Source: Balanoglossus misakiensis (taxonomy: Eukaryota > Animalia > Hemichordata). Taken from it: a stretch of 64,000 nt of DNA. Shown in pieces: positions 53,394 through 64,000 of the stretch (its first letter is position 1; every line of letters starts with the position of its first letter). Made by a program: the position numbers and the translations under genes. The stretch spans positions 7,772,059 through 7,836,058 of the forward strand of contig CM082581.2 of assembly GCA_040954595.2 (NCBI GenBank), read 5' to 3'. The notes beneath the pieces were generated by a model. The model saw only the letters and a list, made by a program, of their open reading frames with translations. It made no database searches and had not been told where the DNA came from.

Positions 53394-53705
53394 GGCTGTT
53401 CGGGAATTGTAAATGTCGCCACCAAGCATTGAAAATGTTCGTGACGTCACTCAACTTTCTGAACAACTTGAAAGGCTGCAGTCATTTGAAGAAGTTTCCT
53501 CAATAAACTTACTGTTACTGTTAGTGGACGATTTTTGTTAATTTTTTAAAACTTTTTATATTTAATTTGTTTAATGTGTTTTGCTGGCGAATAAATTTAC
53601 TCAAGACTGCCACACGTGAGAGAAAATACTGCGCAATATCTGTGTTGCATATTACGTCATTATAAATAACGAATCTATTCCTTATTTCCTGATGTGGTGC
53701 AGTTT
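53394..53705 (+). repeat. Diverged direct duplicate of ~52795-53060, including the foldback end motif
   Basis: ATTGTAAATGTCGCCACCAAG and TTCGTGACGTCAC recur ~600 bp apart, and similarity continues downstream in both copies. Confidence 0.8.
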
Positions 53706-54166
53706 TTTTTCACAACTGAGTTAGGAAGGAGTCATCTTGGGATATTTTACCAGAGATGTGGGTGACTCGAATGAGGGAATATATGTGTCAGTCAATGTGA
53801 AAAACATGGCCAAATAACGGGAAAAAAACAAGTAAACAAACGTTAAACAAACATACAAACAAAAACAAGGGTCCCGTAAAGCTTCTAACGGTGAGGGCGC
53901 GAGGTGTGTCCATTTCACTGGTTTGGGTCAGGGTCAACACACTTCTTGACGCAGCTGAGTGGAGACACGTAAAAATACTGAAGGTTGGTCCGAAGACAGT
54001 AGCAAATATTTCTTCGCGTATATAGTTGAAAAACTCCGAGGAACTGCTGTAATTAACGCCCGTTTGGCGGAGGGACTGTGTTCCGATCACCATTTTTGTA
54101 TCTTTGTTTATTGTTGCGTTGCATCGTGTATTTTACAGTCGCCATTCGAGTCAATCATAGTTCACC

Positions 54167-55216
54167 ATGGTTCGTGAGGACGTCAAAGCTAGCAGTGCGG
54201 TAGAGAGCAGGCAACGCCGGGTTGAACTCCCGGGTGGCGTTTCCTCGATCGAGTTGAACGCCAAAGTGAAGGAGATCGTTGAGAGGAGCACCTGGTGGGA
54301 GAAGTATGGAGTTGATTGGTGCATCATAGGTTTCTTTTACTTGCTGCTGATACCAGCCTTCTTGCTGATGCGAAGTCAACGCTGGGCTCCCTTCACCCTT
54401 GGAGCTGTCTTCATGGGCGTGACACACGGCACAATGGGAACGAAAATCGGGCACCTGACTATTCACAATTCCCTGTGCGCCTCCAAAAGATGGGGTAAGC
54501 TCTGGCAGTATTTCTTCATAGAGATATGCGGCGCTTTTTCAGTCCACATGGCGAACGATATACACATCAAAGTGCACCACCCCTACACCAATATCATAGG
54601 CCTGGGCGACTCCAGCTCCTTCAGGGCCCCGGCCCTACCGCGCTTCATCTACATGTTCGTGGCGCCGCTGTTGATCCCCACCTTCACCCCGCTGTTTGTC
54701 ATGTACTCTCTGATGGGCCACTGGTTGGAGATGATCAGGTGCGGTGTTTTCATCACGGCCGGCCTCGCCGCCAACGTGCTCCTGCTGATGAAGGTGTCGG
54801 GGCTGACGCTGCAGACCGCCATCCTCACCATGATGGCCGCCCGCGCCGTGCTCTCCATCCCGTACATCCACGTCAACATCTTCCAGCACATCGGCCTGCC
54901 CATGTACTCCAAGGAGGCCAAGCCGAAACGCCTCTACCTGATGTCCACGGGCGTGCTCAATCTCCCGCGGAACCCCATCCTGGATTTCTGCTTCGGCCAT
55001 TCCATCATCAGCTGCCACGTGGAGCACCACCTCTTCCCGGATCTCTCCGACAACATGTGTCTGAAGATAAAGCCGCTCGTTCGAAAGTTCCTGACCGGCA
55101 ATTCCTTGCCTTACAACGAGGCGACGTACATGAACAGGCTGCAGTTCTTCATCCAGCGGTACGAGGAGTTGATGGTGAAACTGCCACCCATCACAGAGTT
55201 TATTGGAATTCAGTGA
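54167..55216 (+). CDS. FADS6: Fatty acid desaturase 6-like, 349 aa, intronless coding region
   Basis: STWWEKYGVDW, histidine boxes HLTIH, HIKVHH and HVEHH, HVNIFQHIGLPM, LSDNMCLKIKP; no cytochrome b5 domain. Confidence 0.93.
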   Translation: MVREDVKASSAVESRQRRVELPGGVSSIELNAKVKEIVERSTWWEKYGVDWCIIGFFYLLLIPAFLLMRSQRWAPFTLGAVFMGVTHGTMGTKIGHLTIHNSLCASKRWGKLWQYFFIEICGAFSVHMANDIHIKVHHPYTNIIGLGDSSSFRAPALPRFIYMFVAPLLIPTFTPLFVMYSLMGHWLEMIRCGVFITAGLAANVLLLMKVSGLTLQTAILTMMAARAVLSIPYIHVNIFQHIGLPMYSKEAKPKRLYLMSTGVLNLPRNPILDFCFGHSIISCHVEHHLFPDLSDNMCLKIKPLVRKFLTGNSLPYNEATYMNRLQFFIQRYEELMVKLPPITEFIGIQ

Positions 55217-57528
55217 AAACACACCCTGGTATGACACAAACGTACTGTCTGATCGACGCTCCTACACTACCAATTTCACGCAAATAAATGCAAACATCTG
55301 CAGCAACATTCACAATCTTTAACTAGAAAACTGGTATTACCAAGCTTCACATTTAAAAGCCACCCAGGAGTTCAGAGGAAGAATTTGCAAGTTTCATTTG
55401 CGTGTGATCTTCCTCGTAGAAGATTAGAGATTCTATGTGCACCATTTGCTTGTTTTTGTGTATTCCAATCTGTCTCAGTGAGTGGTATTCCATTTGTAAT
55501 GCTTAGGGACCTATTCTTCAACCTATCACCATACAAGATTCCAAAGACAAAAGGGGTAGAGCCAGTTAGTATAAGAAGTTCCATTGATTGCCCTCCAAAA
55601 TCAACTGATTTTATGGCTATATAAATGAGACAAAAAACTTTGGTAGTACTTGTAATTCTGTGAAAAGTTATCAGAAGAGCAGCAATTCATCCATGTCAAA
55701 AAATTGCCAAAGCAATGCATCTACAATGTAATTTAAAAAAGAAAAATTATGAGAATGCATGTTTTTAAGTCTTTCCTGGAATTGAGTTGTTTTTATCCTG
55801 CGTGTAATGTTTGAACAAAAACAATGGAGAACATAGTTCAGGGTACAAGTTCCAGTTAGCACCATATCAGTTTCATCCCACAAATTGTACTTTCAAAGGA
55901 CAATTATTGTTGGTAGTTCAAATGCTAGTAATTCATTAACCAGAGTATTGCCAGCCACGCTGAAGATTTGATATATCGTTTTAAGAACTTTTCTCATAAA
56001 TGGGTTTAAGATTTCCACAACTGTACAATGGACAGTTATAAGAAATTGATCTTTGCACTCGGTCATATTTTACAAATGAACAAAGCAAATTGAGTTGGTG
56101 TGAACGGAATAGACCAAGCTACGGATTTGTAGATCAATGTACTGTATCTACGCTGTATCCAAGCATTTTCAATTCAATCTGTACTGTTTATGCAGCTTTG
56201 TCCATTTTGATTGAATGACTACCTTTGATTGTTTTTGAGTGATTTGTCATTTTAACATAAATGATGTACTATGACTTGTTATTTACATTTATGACTGCAA
56301 TAACTAGCTTAAGATTGTATTATAATGTATTATACACACTGCATGTATTTGAATATAGTCTAAATTTTAATTGATTCAAAATTTAATTATTGTTGAATAT
56401 TTTACCCCCAAGAAATAAGTTGTTCTTGTTTAATGGAAATTCTCAATTGTTAAATTATAAATTTTATTGTCATTTACACATTTATGTTCCAGGTTAGGTG
56501 TCATATTTAATAGATATACAATATATTGTCAACTTATTTTGATCAGTGATTCTATTGTGACATTCATTTACAGAGATTTTGAATTATTTGGCATTTGATT
56601 TCTTAGCTAGCCAAGCTATACTTGTTTTGGGCAGGGGGCCGTCAGTCAGGGAGACTGTACCCATGCTGACCTACCTATTTTTGAACTGCACTTTACATGG
56701 ATTGTGATTAGAATTAAACAACAGAATATATCCTACTTGGACGTTATGTTCAATTGTTGTGGCCCACCTACATGTAAATTTAATGTTGAAAGATGGGAAC
56801 TTTGGTGGTGGCGGTACTTAAACTGTCTGATCAGTGCAGTGGTGTATCAGAAGTCAACGTTGTCGACAGACAGTGGATGAAAGACACACACAATCAATGG
56901 TGAGCCTATCTGATCAGCTCATACTGTCACTGGCAGGGGATTTGAAAAGCAAGGTAATCTAATTTGACAGGATCACGTGACTGTTATCTGTGGATGACCA
57001 ATCTATTCAAGGTCATTGGACCCAACCAACCTTAGCTTGGTTCTGGTCAGTCAACTTGAGATAGCATAGACAAATAACATGTTACGCTCTGCCAAAGTCA
57101 ACATGTTCATTGGGGATTAATTGGACAAAAGAGGTCACATGATGAACTAGAGAGTTCCACACTTGCGTTCAGTCACACTATTGAGCAGTATCAGACAAAA
57201 ATGCTGAGCCATTTGATGGTAAAAGTTAGAGAATATTTTATTAGTCTTTAAGAGAATGACGGAAGTTGAACCAGGTACACTGCCAGACCCGTCCAACGAC
57301 ACAGTCTGATGACAACCATTTGGCAATAGTTGCACATCTAAAATACAGTAGTCTAGAAGAATACGAGACTGATGAACATGCCAAGCCTCATAAATGACAG
57401 AACATATGTCAATTAATTTGATGACACATGATCACATGTAATACATGTATTGAGATTTCACCGGGTAAACCCAATGTTAAGATTGACCAGTCACTTGCAA
57501 TTCGCAAGTCCCCCGTGAAATGTCCGGC

Positions 57529-60500
57529 CTATTTCCCCAGAAACCTCGCCATGGGATCTTCCTCCCTCCTGCGCTTCATCCGGTACGCCTCCATTTCCTC
57601 TTCCGTGGGTTCCTTGTAGTCGTTGAACGTCTGCATGCTGTTGTACGGTCGCTTCCTCTCGTCCATGGACAGGATCATCTCTGCTTCTCTCTTCTGTTCC
57701 TCTTCCTTCTCCAACGCCTGTGATTTTGCAAGGATTTGAAATGTGACGGGTCAGCACAAGAATTCAAAATTTGCAGATTTACGGCAACCACACAATCCAA
57801 ACGAGTACGTCAGTTTGTTTTCATCCAGTGCACAAATATGCACGGCAACATTCACATGTACAGATAATGTCGATAACAAGGGTGTGCATACGTACCTTCT
57901 GTAACCTTTCTCTTCGTTTTCTTATTTCTTCTTCATCGTCACTGTCACTGTCAGATTTCCTGTGTTTCTTCTTCTTCTTGTCTTTCTTTTTCTTTGCAAG
58001 ATTCTCTTGATGTTGCTGTCAAAAGAAAGCAGAGTGGAAAATAGCAAAGTTGGCATCCATTTAACTCTTTCAACCCCCCTTCCCCGTTCCCTCTTTAGAA
58101 GTCCAACTTTACCACAGAAAACAATGGATTTGGACCAAACCATGGTGGCGAAAGGGTTGAACTCACCTCTAGCAACGACTTAACAGGCACTTCTTCTTCC
58201 TCCTTATGTGCATCATTCTGAAACAACTCCACTATGTTGCTGGAAGAAGCTTGTTTGCCGGCCTCTCCCGTACAGTAAGACTGCTTGACAAAGGAATGAC
58301 AGCACTGGTATCCCCATAAACCATTCCTCCAAAATGATCCCCATACACTCTGTATACAAGACAAATCACAAGTTTAGTCTACATTTCGGAAACTGTTTTA
58401 ACAGAAAATGAGTTACAGGACCCTTAACAAGAATCAAAGTACCCTAGCGACTAACCTGGTGATTGTTAATAAATACGTCTTCTTCGTACTTGGATTTCAT
58501 CTTGGCTTTCTCCTGCCCCTTGATGACTGTCCCATGCCTTGAATATTCAACATAGTCTTCCTAAAAATCAAAATACAAGAAATTTTCAATTAAAAAAAGA
58601 TCAAAATGTTGTCGATAACCGTTCTTGGTGAAGCTTGTGTTGCTTCATGCCAACATTACGGTTCAACAAACATATGAGAAATGTCATCCTATGTCAACAC
58701 AGATCACACAGTTTTAAACTCAGCTTCAAAGTTAATGGTATTTCATCTGAAGACTATACTCACTGTTTGTGCCAGAAGCAGCTCCTTGGGCGGTGCATCC
58801 AAGTGTGTTTCCCCACCATACTGTACAGGAGGAGAAAAGAAGACAGGTCAATCAATGTCGAGATAAATATACACAAGACTACAAGTTTCTATCAGTTCCT
58901 ATATTTACAATTGTAAGGTGTTGCCTTGATCCATGACATAGTGCTGTTACAGCAGGTAATGAACACCAACTCTTTGGTGAATCACATCTATAACATGAAA
59001 GACCAGACGGATGTGGATATCATTCTCAGATAATCAGGGGATTTCATAGAGGTTAATGGTTTAGTTTCATACCTTTTCTAAAATACTGTGTTTTTGATCT
59101 TCCGTGAAATCTTCCTTTCTGACTTTGAATTCTTTGTGTAGTAATTCCAACTTTGTTGGTTCAGCTTGCAGGTGAACGTCTGTGCCTTTCTCATAGGCTT
59201 CCCATGCAAACACTATCACCAAACAAAATGACACAGAATATAATAAATACATGCAAAATACAGCTGAAACCGAAAATTTTCTGCAACATGAACTAAACTC
59301 TGACTTACACTGAGCTTGCGCCATTTTCGTGGTATCGCCTTTGCTCCTGACAAAATTGTCACCAGAATACGCAAGTCTGCGGATAGATCACAAACATGAG
59401 TAAGTAACTGGCAAAAAAATCTAACAGTATTTTAATAGACTGTGGAAGCAGACAGTCTAACAGGTTCATAAGCATGTCTATGGCAAAAGTTGTTCACAAC
59501 AGACGAGAGGCGAGAGACACTTACTCCTCGGCTGTCTTGCCAGTGTTGCTGTATGGATTTTCGCGCATGGAACGTGTCTTGGGGTCGTAGTACGCTGAAT
59601 TGGGGTTCAAGTTACGCAGGTACTGCAAAACAAATCACAAATAAAGCTACATAAAATTTGCACACACAATGCATTAAGTAACAGTAGGAATGGACCAACT
59701 AGTTTCAGTGCAGGCATAGATGCAGTATGGTGCACATCCCCGGTAACGTAAGAAACTGGTGCCAAGTTGCAAACAGTTTTCCACGCACAGAAATCAGGAT
59801 TTGAAAATGGTTACAAACCTTGGCAGTGTCTTCTCGGATTCTCAAATTACGAACAGTGATACGTCTGCAAGAAATGAAAGTTGCAAAACTGTGTACTCAA
59901 GAAATTACATGCAAAGGTACTATATTAATTAGATACTCTGCCAAAGAACTTATAATGGCCACATATGCATTTCATTGTCTATACTGTATTTTGTCTGATA
60001 CTAGTCTAACTAAAATGAAACATAATCCCTTGTACAACAATGTCTCAGTTTATGACACTTGGGGAAAACTGACCTTTTCGTGTCAAAATTTGTACCGGGC
60101 ATAGGAGCGGATTCTGCATACTTCTCATCGTCATCATCGCTGTCCACTTCCTGTAGAAACAACAAACATGAATCCAACATCGAACTTATTCTCTTTTTTT
60201 ACCATCACCTTTCCATCAATGAAACTGTTAACTTTCCATCAAGTCAATGAGTTCTAAGTTTTATTGCACTTTTTTAGTTTTCGTGCACCGAGCAACAGCA
60301 ATTGAACCGAGCTAGGTAATTCCGCCACACATTCAGCAGAGGGGTGACCGATGGCAGGCTTACTCACCCTACGGATTTGTTCTGAAATCTGCCCGGCCAG
60401 CAAATCGTCTTGCAGCTGCTGTGCCTTCAGCTGCTTCTTGGCCTCCTCCATCTTGGCGTATTCCTCGATGACAGCCTGGTGCTCTTTGGGGTCGTAGCCA

Positions 60501-61589
60501 TTCCACCTGTCTCTCTTACCGTCGTAATCGAAACTCAACTGTGTCTGTAGGTGTTCGTCCGGCGCTATTTCGTCTCCCGTGAACTTGGCACCGACTCTTC
60601 TCGGTCTCTGTTTGAAAACAAAATCACATTTGACATCTTTAGCTCCCTTTCACCATCATGGTTCCATGTACTGGAGCAATGGGGTGAATTGAAAGGGACA
60701 GGTGTCTGTCTACTCACCTCTAGACAGGTTTTCTTTGTATGGGTGAGTGCTCCACAGTTTTCACATGCCCCCTTCCTGTATTTAGTTGCTACAGGGCCCT
60801 GAAGAAGGAAACAAGAACAAGGTGTCGGTAATTAGTTCAAACTATAAGAATGGACCAACATCCTGTAAAACGGACAAATAATTTTCTTCTTTGCAAAAGA
60901 AAGAGTACAAGAACTTTTCTTCCTACTCACTCCTTTGACTCCTCTCTTGTACCACTTGTTCAGATCGTCGAAGACTTGTTGTTTTTCGTCTTGTGGTCGT
61001 TGATGCTTGAGCGTTGGTGTTGTGAATCCCAAGTACCAGGGAGCTGCAGCAATGTACTGTGGGATATGGGGGTTGATGTCCCTGGAAAATTGTGACACAC
61101 AGGAATGTTAGGCATAGTGGACTGGTGATTGTAACACTTATGAGATTCGGGGATGGCTTCACCTTCATTCATAGGAAAATAACCACATTTTCTTTAAAGT
61201 TGGTGGCTGGACATATAACAGAAGCAGCCATGACAGGGGCTACAGAATGGTGTTGAAATTGATCATGTTGAATGATGGCGTCATTTTCTACGACACATGC
61301 TGACGAAGCAGTAGTAAGTGAACTGTTGGATCAAGGATTGCTGTTACCACGTAGGTGGGTGATTCGATTTAACAGCTACCGGTACTTACTTTCCTTCCTC
61401 GTCGACTAACGCTGGGATTTTACCCAACTTTCTGGCTTCCTCGAGTTCTTTTGCTTTCCTCCAATCTTCTCTGGTTCTCTGTTTTGGTTCGTCTCCACCG
61501 ACTCCCTCGCCTTCGTCAGTCGTCTCCTGTTTGGCTGCCCTCACAACCGCCGATGGCACTCGATCGGCTGAACCCGCGATATACGCCAT
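57529..61589 (-). CDS. SLU7: Pre-mRNA splicing factor SLU7, ~584 aa, 14 exons: 61589-61390, 61081-60931, 60798-60718, 60607-60368, 60150-60074, 59864-59819, 59622-59525, 59376-59309, 59212-59073, 58820-58764, 58560-58456, 58349-58167, 58015-57896, 57717-57529
   Basis: [25 protein letters not shown], zinc knuckle [65 protein letters not shown]; phase-consistent 1755 nt. Confidence 0.96.
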
Positions 61590-63681
61590 AGTGTTCAACT
61601 GGTTGGAAGCGAGATCACAATAGAGAACGACTAATAATCCTGTTTCTCACTGAGAAAACACTGCGAAACGAATGCGTTTATGAAAACAAAATGGACGTAA
61701 ATGGTAGCGCCCTCAACTGCATGCTGAGTGAACTCTCGGTGATGGCGCTTTATCGCAAGTTGAACGTGCTAAAACGCACGATTTAATTTTGGCAGACAGC
61801 TCAAATCACAGATCACCCCCGACGGATGTACTATCAGATAATACTATCTATATCAAATGGACTTCAGCATCTAAAAGGGAAAAACAAAGCACCGTAAAAT
61901 ACAAAATTCCATTTTTCGAAAATTACATTTTTCATCAAAAACAACCTGGGAACTCGACGAGCCAACAAACAACTTCAGAATCAAAGGGAACTTGAGATTT
62001 CTATCTCACTATATAGGCTTATATACTTTAACATTTCTTATCACAGGAATAGAGGAATATAGCATTGTTTATGTTCTTGCAATACGTAGTTGTTACAAGT
62101 ACATACATGTGCGAGAAGACTATAGGCATAAGTCTCCTGCCCTTTTCATCTGTACTATCATCCGACTGACATGCGCATTACGAAACCCGATATATCCAGC
62201 AGTTAATAGGTTTTCGACATCGCCGTGATATCAGCATTGATATATACTGAAATTTCAAACTATCACGGGTTCTAATTGACTCCGATAATAGTCCAATCAA
62301 TCGGATATCATATAGACCTAGCTAATCTTCTTCGTCCTGACCAAGGTCACAAGAAAACAGGTCAGACATGACGACGATAGTCGTGCGAAGGCAAACATTT
62401 ACATCATATGAAGTTCAATAAGTAATTCCCAACTCCGGGGAACTTTCCGCGCAAGGAATTAGCACGTTTCACTGAAAGAATCCAGAACAGTTACTCTGTA
62501 TTTATATTGGAACTTGAACAAGTTGTTCAAATTACATTGCAAAATGTCTCTCAGTATAGTCAGATCCCGATGGGAGCATTAATATCAGTAGCAAGTTTCA
62601 TCAAATCAGGTGCAAGAATTTCAGAAACATGCCACTTGTGACTGAAATTAACTCTTGATAGTACACCGAGACGTCGCCACAAAATTGGCTCAAGTGGTTC
62701 ACAACGAGAGCTAAAATTAACAATGAAGTCATATACAATATAATATACATGTATTATAATACAATATACATGCACATGTAATATACATGTAACATAATAG
62801 CCGCGCACTAAGTCATACTTTGAGACTAGAATTTCTATCAAATCAAAGTGCTGAAATTATCCACTGCGTATATATGCCACGCGCTGACAGCGTGAGAGTC
62901 GAAAAGGACGCTCAACTCCTGGTTATTTAGAGAACAATGGCTTTTCCCCATTGTAGTCAGACTTTCATCCTATTGTCTATACACCGTTGTGTTTGCTGCA
63001 CCTCGGAACGGGCCTAAAAGAGACTGACCGCGGGCAGCAAGGAGGGCATTGGACGGATCGATATTTTAAGCCCGGTTAACTTGACAGAATTAAAGTCCGC
63101 CAAACCGTTCGATCGACGGAAACTGAGGGAACCGGGAAAAGATCTACATCCGGGGTATTATGGGGTATCAATTTTACAGGTGCGACGTGCCTCTCGGATT
63201 GGGAGACTAAAAGCTATCCGTGACATTTTTAATATCAATTTAGACGTTGCTGCGTGGTTTCTTGGCGATCAGCATCTGTTCAGGGAATGTCAATGGCAAT
63301 TTCAATGTAACAGTCGATCGATATTTGAGGGTGTTGACGTCGCTAGCTGCTTTGGTAAAAAAAAATACCAGCGTGTCGTAAAGTTGACGTTTCATGTAAC
63401 CAATGTGCATGCGCTTGTTTATGAGACGTAATAAACCCCCGAAATTTATTAATAAAACTCAGTTGACATAGGCTGGTTTGAAAGAAGTGCGAGATGATTG
63501 GATGTTTTGACAGGGCCGTGTTCGTCATACTTGAGAGAGAGGGGCTCTTTTCATCATCCAGGCGGATCCTGCACGTTGGAACGACAGGGCAAGTCTTAAG
63601 TCTTACGGAGAAGGTCTCCTCTGTGCCATCTTTGAGTGGTCGGTATGCGAACAGCAGACTCTAATCTGTCACGTGTTCAGA

Positions 63682-63748
63682 ATGTGTCGTCTGAGTGAAA
63701 AGGGATTCTTCATCACGGTGTTTGGCATTTTATGTTTGTTGAGGCTCG
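63682..63748 (+). CDS. Probable first coding exon (signal peptide MCRLSEKGFFITVFGILCLLRL) of a gene continuing beyond the window
   Basis: ATG, basic N-region and hydrophobic core, followed by a phase-1 G|GTAAGT donor and then AT-rich intron-like sequence. Confidence 0.5.
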
Positions 63749-64000
63749 GTAAGTTTCGTTCATAGATACATTTTTGTATTTTAAAGTTAAAATCTAGCAT
63801 CAATGGTTAGTTCAACGTTTTTCACTTAGGGTTCAACCATTTGTCAGTTTTCTTCATTTGCCATATTCACAGCCTTGTATTTTTAGATGATGATAACGCT
63901 TAGAGAGGAGATTGTAAAATCAATTTTCAAGAAATGGGTAGGCAAGATCCCTGGTATCAATCGTTCACTGTACACCTACGGTACTTACATAAAACCAATA

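Noticed and set aside
54526-55287. 253-aa alternate-frame ORF and 200-aa antisense ORF over FADS6
   Set aside because: Shadow ORFs caused by high GC3 in the real CDS; no recognisable motifs.

Overview
Eukaryotic, intron-rich, AT-rich genomic DNA, most likely from a marine invertebrate animal; the taxon cannot be fixed from this window. The ORF track fragments most genes, so exon chains were rebuilt by hand from splice sites and reading frame. In order: (1) a ~1036-aa Cu-only SOD repeat protein (CSRP) gene (+) with six SOD-fold modules and two candidate alternative last exons; (2) a cluster of short palindromic MITE-like elements; (3) a secreted WAP-WAP-WAP-follistatin/Kazal gene (-); (4) an uncharacterised single-exon ORF ending in a CRYLR motif (+); (5) a 21-exon, ~1210-aa GT14/xylosyltransferase-like gene (+) with an N-terminal SUEL-type lectin domain, a furin-type site and two C-terminal hydrophobic helices; (6) LMAN2/VIP36-family lectin (-); (7) a ~3.5-kb foldback element with two opposed 107-bp satellite arrays; (8) an intronless FADS6-like desaturase (+); (9) SLU7 (-); (10) a probable signal-peptide first exon of a downstream gene. 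The most novel items are the lectin-fused, apparently C-terminally anchored GT14 enzyme, the CSRP module layout with its twin C-terminal exons, and the satellite-bearing foldback.
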